64,000 bases of DNA from Podarcis filfolensis (lineage: Eukaryota), in NCBI GenBank assembly GCA_964270895.1, contig OZ185442.1; one strand, given 5' to 3'. A model generated the notes under the pieces. The model was given only the letters and a program-made list of their open reading frames with translations. It had not been told where the DNA came from and did no database searches. Every line of letters begins with the position of its first letter. Position 1 is the stretch's first letter. The position numbers were made by a program, and so were the translations under genes. This document shows, in pieces, positions 36,391 to 45,435 of this stretch.

Positions 36391-38004
36391 TCCTGCAACT
36401 TGCTATTTCAGATATACTGTCCATCCCCTGACTGAGGCCAGGTGGGAGACCCCCGGACCTCCCAATACCACTCCTCCAGTCAGTTTGCAAAGCAATTCAC
36501 AGAAATTATTGTACATAAGAATCAGGCAACCACAGCCAGTGGTGGATTTGAGTACAGAGTTTATCTATGAGCATGTGCATAAACCTACTTTGTCCCTCTC
36601 GCTTGCAGAAACTAGCCACTAGCCTCCCATTCTTGCAAGCCTGCAGTTCATATAAGTGCTTTTGCATAAGCATAATTACAACCAAGAGAAACAAACGAAA
36701 AATAATAATGAAAGAAATGGTTGTCATTGAGCTCCTGCAGGCTTTTATTTGCCATGCTATTTTAAAAAAGGACACTAATTTCAGAATGGCATATTACACT
36801 CAGTATGGTCGCATCTTACACAGCAGTTTGGTTCCAAGGCTTCTGCATATACAGACTTGAACCTCTCCCATGTGAGCATCTGGAGCCATTGCACTGAACG
36901 GGCCTTGCCCACTAAGCAAGGCAGAGAGCTTAAAAGCTATTTCTGCCTTCACTGCCTTGGTTATTAGAAGCTCTTTTCATGCCAGGAAAATGTTGTGGGC
37001 ATTTAATTTGCACCATTTCAACTGGACAGACTTCAACAGCGAAAGGTTGAAATCACGCAAGTTAAATGTAGGTAAGATGCAATCATACTGTATTGTTACG
37101 ATTATCCTCTTCCAGATCTGTTATGGGTAGGTGCCTAAACACTGATTTTGGAGTCTAAAATATTTTTCCCCATCTGTAGACCCTTCCTGCTTGCAACCCC
37201 GTGTTTTAAAGGTGAGAAGAAGGTAGATCAAGATCTACTAGCAGATTTCTATGGGAGCTCTGGTAGATCACCATGGATTTCTGCCTCCCACTTGTTTAAT
37301 GATAGTGACAACTCTTCTCCCTAAATTAGACTGCTCAGAGAAAGAAAACTTGTTGGAGGAGACCAGGAATAGATTTTTGTGTGAAAGGACTGGGAGCTCA
37401 GTTCTGGTATTGAAAACTAATTCCTGGTCTGAGATGCACTTAGATGAGATGTCTGGTTCTTTTATTCTAAGCACATGCCTTCCATCACCCCCTCCACTAT
37501 GTTACACTTGGCTGCAGCTGGTGGGAAACCTGTGAGAGGGGGTACTAAATAGGTCCTACAAGCTTGAAGCCTGCCCACCTCCATGGCTCTACTGCCAGTT
37601 GTGCGGGAGTTATTTTAGGTACACCAGTGGAATAAGCGTCTGGATTGTTTTATAAACTTGCTTTAAAAAGTGATATGCTGAAACCAATTTCTCCAAAGTT
37701 TTCTTCCCCACCAAAGGAGGCTTACATTTTTCTTCCTCATTCTCAGGATGCTTTAGAATTTCTTTAGGATTTCAGTGACTGTAGCATTTGGCTTCCCTTG
37801 TTGTTGCAAGTTGCCCGAGGCTGGTGGGTGTGCTTTTCTTTCCATTAAACATGTTCTACTTTAGAAGGCTCCGGTGCTCAGCCGTTTACCTAGCTGGCCA
37901 CACCTTTTCATCTAGAAAAGGCCCAGGAGACAAGTTACCTCATGACATCTTCCCCAGGGCTTTAATTCAAATGCAGAAAGCTGGGTTGGCTTTAGGTAGA
38001 GGCC

Positions 38005-38215
38005 ATTTAGTCCAACACATCCAACTTCTACCTAAAAAATTCCAATGAAGGAGAGTTCACCACCTTCCAGTGTTGTCCATTCCACTATCAAACAGCTCAT
38101 CCCATCAGAAAGTTATTTTTAATGTTTAGTCGAGTCTCCTTTCTTGTAATTTCAAACCATTAGTTCAGGTCCTGTCCTTTGGAGCCACGGAAAACAAGCT
38201 CACTTCATCTTGAGG
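38005..38215 (-). mobile_element. CR1 3' fragment
   Basis: CCATTTAGTCCAAC..GAAGGAGAGTTCACCACCTTCC..CAGAAAGTT..TAATGTTTAGTCG..GGAAAACAAGCT; homologous to 25980-26280 and 52140-52466. Confidence 0.72.
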
Positions 38216-38458
38216 GCATCATTGTTTTCCTAGGAAATGGGGTCACCCAGGAAGGCTACTGATTGAAGAGGGCTGGTAAGTTCTAGAATGAAAGAAAAGA
38301 CAGTCACAACCCCCCTCAGTCACCTTTGAAAGCAAGGGAATCACAACCAAACCCCACACCACACCCATCGGTATACCACTGATTTCTTTCTCTCCCCTTT
38401 GCTAAATTTCAAATGCTACTTTTTATTTTTGTTAATTGAGGGAGAAGGGAGGGGTAGT

Positions 38459-38474
38459 AGAAATTTTCAGCACA
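38459..38474 (+). repeat. Left target-site duplication of L1 (AGAAATTTTCAGCACA)
   Basis: Identical 16-mer at 44565-44580 right after the poly(A); inferred nick TTTCT/AC resembles the L1 endonuclease preference TTTT/AA. Confidence 0.95.
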
Positions 38475-40608
38475 CTCTTTTCGTGCTAGCTTCTGGCTCT
38501 TGCAATGTAAGTACTAAGTCATCTGCAAATGCTCTCAGTTTATATTGTTTGGCTCCGACCTGAATCCCTTTAACCAACTGGTCCCTCCTAATCATATTAA
38601 GCAAAACCTCCAGGACCGATATAAAAAGTAATGGGGAGATAGGGCACCCCTGACGTGTCCCTTTTTCAATCTTGAACTCTTCTGTAACCACATTATTTAC
38701 AATTAGTTTGGCTTTCTGTTCAGAGTATATTGCACCTATACCATTTTCGAACCCTTGGCCTACCCCCATCCCCCGGAGGTTCTTCAACATAAAACTCCAA
38801 GAAATGTTGTCAAAGGCTTTCTCGGCATCCACAAATATCAAAACAGCTTTAGTGTTTATGTTCACTTCCAGCTTTTCCAAAATGTCAATTATATTCCTTA
38901 CATTGTTCGACAAGTGCCTTTTTGGGAGAAAGCCCGCTTGGTCCCCGTGAATCTCCTCCATCAAAACTCTCTTCAGTCTTTTTGCCAAAATATCAGCAAA
39001 GATTTTGTAATCCACATTCAATAACGAGATGGGTCGGTAGTTTTTAAGTTGGGTCTTTTCAGTCTCTGTCTTTGGTATAAGTGTAATGTAGGCCTCTCTC
39101 CACGTATCGGGTGCCCTTTTCCCTTCCATAATCTCATTGCAGACTTCCTTCAAAGGTTGTATCAACCCTTCCTTCAAAACTTTGTAGTATTTGGAAGTCA
39201 GTCCATCCGGTCCAGGGGATTTGCCCAGCGTCATGCCTTGAATGGCATCTTCTATTTCTTGTGCTGATATCTCCTGGTTCAATATTATCTTACTTTCATG
39301 CGAAACCTTTTTCAGCCCATTTTCCTCGAGGAACTGTTGTATGTCCATTTCTTTTTGCGGCCCTTGTGTGTAAAGTTGTCTAAAGTAGTTCTGAAAACAA
39401 TTCCTAATTTCCGCTGGGTTGCTTATGTTTTTTCCTTCCACTTCTATATTTGTTACCGTGTTGAGTTTTTGTCTCTTCTTTATTTGCCAAGCCAGTAACT
39501 TGCCACATTTATCAGCAGATTCAAAAGTCTTTTGTCTCATTTGTTTAATTCTCCACTCTAATTCTTGATTCATCAGTTCCATATATTGTGTTTGATGAAA
39601 TTTGATTTCTCTTAGAATCTCTTGGGATTTTGGCTTCGATCTTAATTGTTTTTCCCCTTCTTTTATCTTTTCCAAAATTCTCTCCTTTTTCTCATTTTGC
39701 TTTCTCTTCTTTAAAGTATTTTGCTGAATCAAAAACCCTCTCATCACGGCTTTGCTTGCGTCCCATACTATTCTTTTTTCTACTTCAGACCTTAAGTTGA
39801 TTTCAAAATAATCTTTCAAGGTTTTTTGGGCCTTCTTACAGATCTCCTCGTCTCTAAATAAGGTGTCATTCATTCTCCATCTGAAGGAACCAGTTGTTGT
39901 TTGCCTCATCACCATCTTTACAGCATTATGGTCGGAGAAAGTTTTTGGGCAGATTTCTACTTTTTTTATATTCGGAGCCATACTGCTAGTCACCCAGATT
40001 TGGTCAATCCTTGTCCATGTCATTTTGGCTTCAGAAAAGAAGGTCCCCTCTCTTTCTAATGGGTGTTTTGTTCTCCAAATATCAATCAAGTCCATATTGT
40101 CAGTCATTTCAAAAAAAGTCTTTGGTAGTCTTCCATCTTTTGTTATTACCTGTCTTTGTGCCTTGTCCATATTTGTTGAAACCACTCCATTCATATCTCC
40201 CATCAAAATTAAGTTGTAATCCATATGGTCCATCAAAATTTCATGCAACTTCTTAAAAAATTCAGCTTTCCCTTCGTTTGGTGCATAGATTCCCACTATC
40301 AAATACTTCTCTCCTTGAGATTGAATTTCAATTGCCAAATATCTTCCTTGATCATCTTTAAAAATTTGTTTCGGTTGCAATTTTTCTTTTGCATAGATCA
40401 CCACTCCTCTCTTTTTTACTCTGTCTGAAGATATAAATTCCTGTCCCAGTCTTTTATTTATTAATAATTTTCTGTGTGCTCTTGTCACGTGGGTCTCTTG
40501 TAGGCAAATCAAGTCCAATTGGTCTTTCTTTAAGGCATGAAATATATTTTTTCTCTTCCTGGGAATATTTAAGCCATTACAATTCCAGGTTAGAAGTTGC
40601 AGAGCCAT
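38467..40608 (-). CDS. L1 ORF2 N-terminal 712 aa (APE endonuclease plus RT to just past FADD), truncated by the inversion
   Basis: EN motifs WNCNG, QETH, IYAPN, GDMN, RID, SDH; RT motifs KSPGPDG, YRPISLLN.DYKI, QAGF, DAEKAFD, GTRQGCPISPLLF, FADD; final Cys and TGA come from the TSD. Confidence 0.95.
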   Translation of the reverse strand: MALQLLTWNCNGLNIPRKRKNIFHALKKDQLDLICLQETHVTRAHRKLLINKRLGQEFISSDRVKKRGVVIYAKEKLQPKQIFKDDQGRYLAIEIQSQGEKYLIVGIYAPNEGKAEFFKKLHEILMDHMDYNLILMGDMNGVVSTNMDKAQRQVITKDGRLPKTFFEMTDNMDLIDIWRTKHPLEREGTFFSEAKMTWTRIDQIWVTSSMAPNIKKVEICPKTFSDHNAVKMVMRQTTTGSFRWRMNDTLFRDEEICKKAQKTLKDYFEINLRSEVEKRIVWDASKAVMRGFLIQQNTLKKRKQNEKKERILEKIKEGEKQLRSKPKSQEILREIKFHQTQYMELMNQELEWRIKQMRQKTFESADKCGKLLAWQIKKRQKLNTVTNIEVEGKNISNPAEIRNCFQNYFRQLYTQGPQKEMDIQQFLEENGLKKVSHESKIILNQEISAQEIEDAIQGMTLGKSPGPDGLTSKYYKVLKEGLIQPLKEVCNEIMEGKRAPDTWREAYITLIPKTETEKTQLKNYRPISLLNVDYKIFADILAKRLKRVLMEEIHGDQAGFLPKRHLSNNVRNIIDILEKLEVNINTKAVLIFVDAEKAFDNISWSFMLKNLRGMGVGQGFENGIGAIYSEQKAKLIVNNVVTEEFKIEKGTRQGCPISPLLFISVLEVLLNMIRRDQLVKGIQVGAKQYKLRAFADDLVLTLQEPEASTKRVC

Positions 40609-40615
40609 GATGGGA

Positions 40616-41704
40616 TTATTTACTCCTTCCTCCTACAGCTCCCTGTTTTTGTTCCTCGTCTGTCGGTGGTACCGTGTTCGTGTCCAGTGATGGATGCCCT
40701 TGTCCTGGAAATGTCTCTTTCTGTAGGTCTTCTTCGTGTTCTCCCAAGAACTTGTCTTTATCACTTACAGTCTTTATTCTTCTCTTCTTTCCCTTATATT
40801 TAAAAGACAAGCCTTGGGGAAATTCCCACCTGAATGGTATGTAGTTCTTCTTCAGCAGTGTCACCAGGTCTTTATAATGTCCTCTTGCGTCCAAGATACT
40901 CTTAGGGATGTCTTTAAAGATCTCAATAAAAAAGTCTTCAATTCGAAGGGCTGTTTGGTAGTGCAGGTTCAATATTTTATCTCGCTCCTCCTTTGATCTT
41001 AAGGTAATAAGACAATCTCTGGGTCGATTTCTCTTCTGTCTTATTCCCAATCTAAATGCACTTTCTATCTTAAAATCTTCTTTCTTCAGCTCCTGCTTCC
41101 AAAAGTCAGAAAATTCTTTTGTCAAATCATCCACCAAGTTCTCTCCTTCCTTTTCCGGCACAAGTCTGATCCTCAGGTTCCTCTCCTTGCGTTGCATATC
41201 CTGCATAGAGAGTGCCAGTTCATATTCATCCAATTTCTTGTAAACTGGTGGAAATTTTTCCTCCGCAGCAGTTGCAATTTCCTTAGCTTCCTCGGCTATC
41301 TTTCGTGTTGTAGATGAATCTTCCAATAATTTCCCAATTGCTTCTGCATTTGAGTTCACTTTATTCCCTAGGTCAGTTATACTTTTAGTATTTAGGTCAA
41401 TTTTCCCAGAGATTTCTTCAATTTTTTTATTTGTTTCAGCAACTTGTACTTTAGTTTCAGCAACTTGCAATTTAGTCTCCGCACCTTGCTTTTTTAGTTC
41501 CTCCAAAGAGTCATTTATCTTCTCCAATACCTTGGCAAATGATTCTTCTGTAGACATTGCTTTCGCTTTTGGCTTTGCAGCCACTATAGTTCCAGAGGCT
41601 CCTGTTACAGAAGCCCTTCTTTGCATGTAAGTGTCAATTTTGTATTGTCTGCCAGATCTCAAGGTTGTTTCTTGTAACTCCCCTTTCTCTTTACCATCTG
41701 CCAT
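40616..41704 (-). CDS. L1 ORF1p (362 aa): coiled coil, RRM, C-terminal domain
   Basis: Heptads including AETKLQV-AETKVQV-AETNKKI; RRM-type RKERNLRIRLVPE..SAFRLG..PRDCLI; IFKDIP and FRWEFP; 7-nt spacer to the ORF2 ATG. Confidence 0.92.
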   Translation of the reverse strand: MADGKEKGELQETTLRSGRQYKIDTYMQRRASVTGASGTIVAAKPKAKAMSTEESFAKVLEKINDSLEELKKQGAETKLQVAETKVQVAETNKKIEEISGKIDLNTKSITDLGNKVNSNAEAIGKLLEDSSTTRKIAEEAKEIATAAEEKFPPVYKKLDEYELALSMQDMQRKERNLRIRLVPEKEGENLVDDLTKEFSDFWKQELKKEDFKIESAFRLGIRQKRNRPRDCLITLRSKEERDKILNLHYQTALRIEDFFIEIFKDIPKSILDARGHYKDLVTLLKKNYIPFRWEFPQGLSFKYKGKKRRIKTVSDKDKFLGEHEEDLQKETFPGQGHPSLDTNTVPPTDEEQKQGAVGGRSK

Positions 41705-42680
41705 AACAAAGTCTTTTAGTCAAGGTCATTCCCAGACTTTGAAACTCACAAACAAAGTTCTCAAATTTTAAACTCCACTTGTTGCTGAAACAATTTGTAG
41801 GTCCTCTAGGGGGCGTAGAGTCAGTTCTATACTTCTCAAAGTAACCCCACACTCTTCAAAAAAGAAGGAATAAAAGTTTCCTAGTCCCTTTCAATTTTTC
41901 TTTCCTTTTTCAAGGGGATCCCAGTCAATAGTGTCCTGTAAGTAACTTTGTAATGCCACAGAAACAGTGTTTCAAATTGGAAGTAACCAAAGTCAATTTG
42001 AGATATTTTTTAGCTTCTTATGGCAACAGTCCTTAGCCAGTTCCTTTTCTCCGGCAGTCCGATCCCAGGTTAAAGAGCAGCGATAATTAATCCAATTCTT
42101 TTAAATTGGCAGGGAAACACTTTTAAAATCTTCTTCCCCCTCCTCCTGCCTTCGGGGGGGGGGAGTTCTTTGCTTTGGTGGTGGATTTCTTAAATCCCGC
42201 AAATTTCCTCTCAAGCAGTTACAGCTAGAGTGCCTTTCGCTTTGATCTTGCTACAGAACGGAAAGCAGACTTCCTTTTTAGTGCTTGTCCGTCTCGGTGC
42301 CCAATTTCTTTACTTTTAGTGTCCAGTTATATTTTAGCGGTCAATCCTACTCACGGATAGTTGTTCTTTTAATCCAATTTCCCGGGAAGAAGTCAGCGCT
42401 CTCCGCTAATGGCGACGCGGCTTCGCTTCGCAGGCTGGGTGAAGACGACTCTCAGCACCGCTCCAAGACCCCTCCGCTCCTCCGGAGCCTTTAAAAAGGC
42501 TATTTCGCAGCGTCGGGGGGGCGCAAAGGTGCCCGCCGAGTCTCCAGTTCACAGGCAACGCGCCTGTGATTTTTAAGGGTCCCCGCTTCGCCGTAGCTGA
42601 CAGGACCCGAACCCACGAAGCAGATCTCTCCCGGAGCTCCGGTTGAGATCCGCCATTAAGCGCCGGCGCTGACCGGAAGT
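41705..42680 (-). promoter_or_regulatory. L1 5'UTR / internal promoter (~976 nt) with CpG-rich 5' end
   Basis: Minus strand begins ACTTCCGGTCAGCGCCGGCGCTTAATGGCGG; ~42390-42680 keeps many CpGs; lies directly upstream of ORF1. Confidence 0.85.
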
Positions 42681-42681
42681 T

Positions 42682-44283
42682 TTGGAAATAATCCAAGAGT
42701 TTGGTCAAATGGCAGGATTCAAATTGAATAAGTCTAAGACAAAGGTTTTGGAGAAAAATTTGACACAGATAGAAAAGGAAAGGTTCCAGAATGAGACAGG
42801 GTTGACTGTGGTTAAAAAAGTGAAATATTTGGGTAGAAATATGACAGCTAAAAATGTGAATTTGTTTAAAGATAATTATGAAAAAACTTGGAGAGAAGTG
42901 AAAAAAGATTTGGAGATTTGGTCCAACTTGAAGCTTTCCTTGTTAGGCCGTATTGCAGCTATAAAGATGAATGTATTGCCAAGAATGTTGTTTTTGTTCC
43001 AAGCATTGCAAATAATTGATAAAATGGATTGTTTCAAGAGGTGGCAAAAAGACATATCTAAATTTGTCTGGCAGGGCAAAAAGCCCAGAATTAAATTTAA
43101 GATACTAACGGATTCAAAGGAAAGAGGGGGGTTTGCCCTGCCAGACTTTAAACTTTACTATGAAGCGGCAGCTTTCTGCTGGCTGAAAGAATGGCTACTT
43201 CTTGAAAACACAGACATTTTGGATTTGGAAGGTTTTAATAACATTTTTGGGTGGCATGCATATTTGTGGTACGACAAGGTTAAAGCACATAAAAGTTTTA
43301 AAAATCATATTGTCAGAAAAGCACTACTAAATGTCTGGGACAGATATAAAGACTTGCTGGAAAATAAAACTCCAAGGTGGCTGTCGCCAATGGAAGCTAA
43401 GGCAGTTAAAAAATTAAATATGGAGCCCAAGTGGCCAAGATACTGGGAAATTTTGGAAAAGGAAGGGGACAAATTGAGATTGCAGAGTTTTGAGAAATTA
43501 AAAGGGAAGGTGAGAGATTGGTTCCACTACCATCAAATTAATGAAGCGTTTAAACTGGACAGTAAAATTGGCTTCCAGGTGGAAAAATCAAAATTGGAGA
43601 CAGAACTGTTAGAACCCAGTACTAAGAATTTGTCCAAAATGTACAATTTGCTGCTGAAATGGAATACACAAGATGAAACGGTTAAATCGGTCATGATTAA
43701 ATGGGCTCAGGACATTGGTCATAATATTTTGTTTGCTGATTGGGAAAAGTTGTGGACCACCGGGATAAAATTTACGGCATGTAATGCCTTAAGAGAAAAC
43801 ATTATGAAAATGATATATAGGTGGTACATAACCCCAGTCAAGCTTGCAAAGATTTACCATGTGCCTGACAACAAATGTTGGAAATGTAAAGAAACTGAAG
43901 GTACATTTTTTCATCTTTGGTGGACCTGCCCGAAGATTAAGGCATTCTGGGAAATGATCTATAATGAACTTAAAAAGGTATTTAAATATACTTTCCCCAA
44001 GAAACCAGAGGCCTTTCTCTTGGGTATTGTCGGCCAAGGGGTGTTAAAGACGGATATAACTTTCTTTATGTATGCTACAACAGCAGCTAGAATACTCATT
44101 GCGAAGTACTGGAAGACGCAAGAACTACCCACACTGGAAGAATGGCAGATGAAGGTGATAGACTATATGGGCTTGGCAGAAATGACGAGCAGAATCCGAA
44201 ACCAGGGAAGAGAAGCAGCGCAAGAAGAATGGAAAAAATTCAAGGACTATTTAAAGAAATATCATAAAGTTAATGAAAGTTAG
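42682..44283 (+). CDS. L1 ORF2 C-terminal 533 aa (late RT motifs and CCHC Cys-rich domain); no true start codon
   Basis: LEIIQEFGQMAGFKLN, KYLG, RIAAIKMNVLPR and CWKC..EGTFFHLWWTC; begins mid-ORF at TTG (Leu). Confidence 0.9.
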   Translation: MEIIQEFGQMAGFKLNKSKTKVLEKNLTQIEKERFQNETGLTVVKKVKYLGRNMTAKNVNLFKDNYEKTWREVKKDLEIWSNLKLSLLGRIAAIKMNVLPRMLFLFQALQIIDKMDCFKRWQKDISKFVWQGKKPRIKFKILTDSKERGGFALPDFKLYYEAAAFCWLKEWLLLENTDILDLEGFNNIFGWHAYLWYDKVKAHKSFKNHIVRKALLNVWDRYKDLLENKTPRWLSPMEAKAVKKLNMEPKWPRYWEILEKEGDKLRLQSFEKLKGKVRDWFHYHQINEAFKLDSKIGFQVEKSKLETELLEPSTKNLSKMYNLLLKWNTQDETVKSVMIKWAQDIGHNILFADWEKLWTTGIKFTACNALRENIMKMIYRWYITPVKLAKIYHVPDNKCWKCKETEGTFFHLWWTCPKIKAFWEMIYNELKKVFKYTFPKKPEAFLLGIVGQGVLKTDITFFMYATTAARILIAKYWKTQELPTLEEWQMKVIDYMGLAEMTSRIRNQGREAAQEEWKKFKDYLKKYHKVNES

Positions 44284-44565
44284 AATGATGTTGGACTGGA
44301 AAGTAAATGGTTACTATTAGCAATGGTTAAGACAAGGAAAATAAGGAAGAATAGTCTAAATTTAAATTAAAATAAGGGAAGATTTGCTGAACAATCGATA
44401 AGAATTTGGAATACAGAAAGGGGAAGCATGAGGAAGTCGGGGAAGATAGGATATGAAATTAGGATATGAAATGATACATGTTTTTTGTTTTGTTTTTGTT
44501 TTTGTATGTTTATGTTTGTTGTATTGTGTTTATATGGAAAAATAAAAATATTTAAAAAAAAAAAA
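44284..44565 (+). terminator. L1 3'UTR with AATAAA and short poly(A)
   Basis: T/G-rich tract 44478-44533, AATAAA 44541-44546, A-run 44554-44565. Confidence 0.88.
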
Positions 44566-44580
44566 GAAATTTTCAGCACA
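44565..44580 (+). repeat. Right target-site duplication of L1
   Basis: AGAAATTTTCAGCACA, identical to 38459-38474. Confidence 0.95.
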
Positions 44581-45221
44581 GCACTAGTTCAAAGTACACA
44601 CATTATCTCGTGATTTTAAAACCTAAATAATCTCTGCCTCTCTCTCTGTCTCTTAAAATAAAACCCCAATATGTTTCTCACCTGTTCTATTTTAAATGGC
44701 TTTTGTTTAATGGCCCATATGCTGCCTAGTAAAATTAGATGGCACCAATTCTGTTTTGTTCTTGGTCACTTGCTGATCCCAAAGCTCTAGTCTTTTGGGG
44801 GGAGGTGTCAGGGACACTCAAGATCAAAAACCTCACAGCAAGAGCATGGAACCTTGTGGCCTGAGGTTTCATGTCCTCAAGTTGTCTGCAGGCACAAATG
44901 ATCAGCTGGCAATATATGGCCTCTGGTCAGACCGGATATAAACATAAGAACCTGGACTTCTGCTCTTAACAGGTCAACACAGTAGGACTTTTCCTGGAAG
45001 GTCCCAGCTCTGAACACCTACACACACACACACACACACACACCAGTCTTAAGTTTAGTTCACTCCATTTCTTCATTAGTTAGCTATTTTAAAAAATCTG
45101 TATATTTTTGTGTGCATTTCTCCTAATACATTTGTAAATGTAAATGTGCCTAAAATGCACTTCTACCCACCATCCTGGATCCAGGGTTGGCTATCCCTGA
45201 AAATAATGTTTCTTTTTAAAA

Positions 45222-45435
45222 TTATTATTTGATTTATACCCCACCTTCCCTCCAAGGAGCTCATGGTGGCCCATGTGGTTTCCCCTCTCCCCATTTCATT
45301 TTCAGAACAACCCTTAGGTTACAAGACAGTGACTAGCCCAAGGTCCCCCATTGAGCTTCTTGGCTGAGTGGAGAGTTGAACCATGGCCTCCTAGTTCTAG
45401 TCCAACACTCAAACCACTACAGCACACTGGCTTTC
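45222..45435 (-). mobile_element. Squam3/MIR-like SINE
   Basis: GACTAGCCCAAGGTC..GGCTGAGTGGAGAGTTGAACC..CTAGTCCAACACTC.AACCACTACAGCACACTGGCT. Confidence 0.75.

Larger units (their letters stand above)
38475..44564. mobile_element. Full-length L1-clade LINE (~6.1 kb) with 5' inversion
   Basis: 38475-42680 on minus (5'UTR, ORF1, ORF2 N-part); 42678-44564 on plus (ORF2 C-part, 3'UTR, poly(A)); 16-bp TSD; both ORF parts free of stops and frameshifts. Confidence 0.96.

Noticed and set aside
38672-40996. Plus-strand ORFs overlapping L1
   Set aside because: Antisense shadows of the L1 coding strand.
42682-44283. Independent 533-aa gene or a second L1 in head-to-head arrangement
   Set aside because: It continues the minus-strand ORF2 exactly, and one TSD pair flanks both halves.
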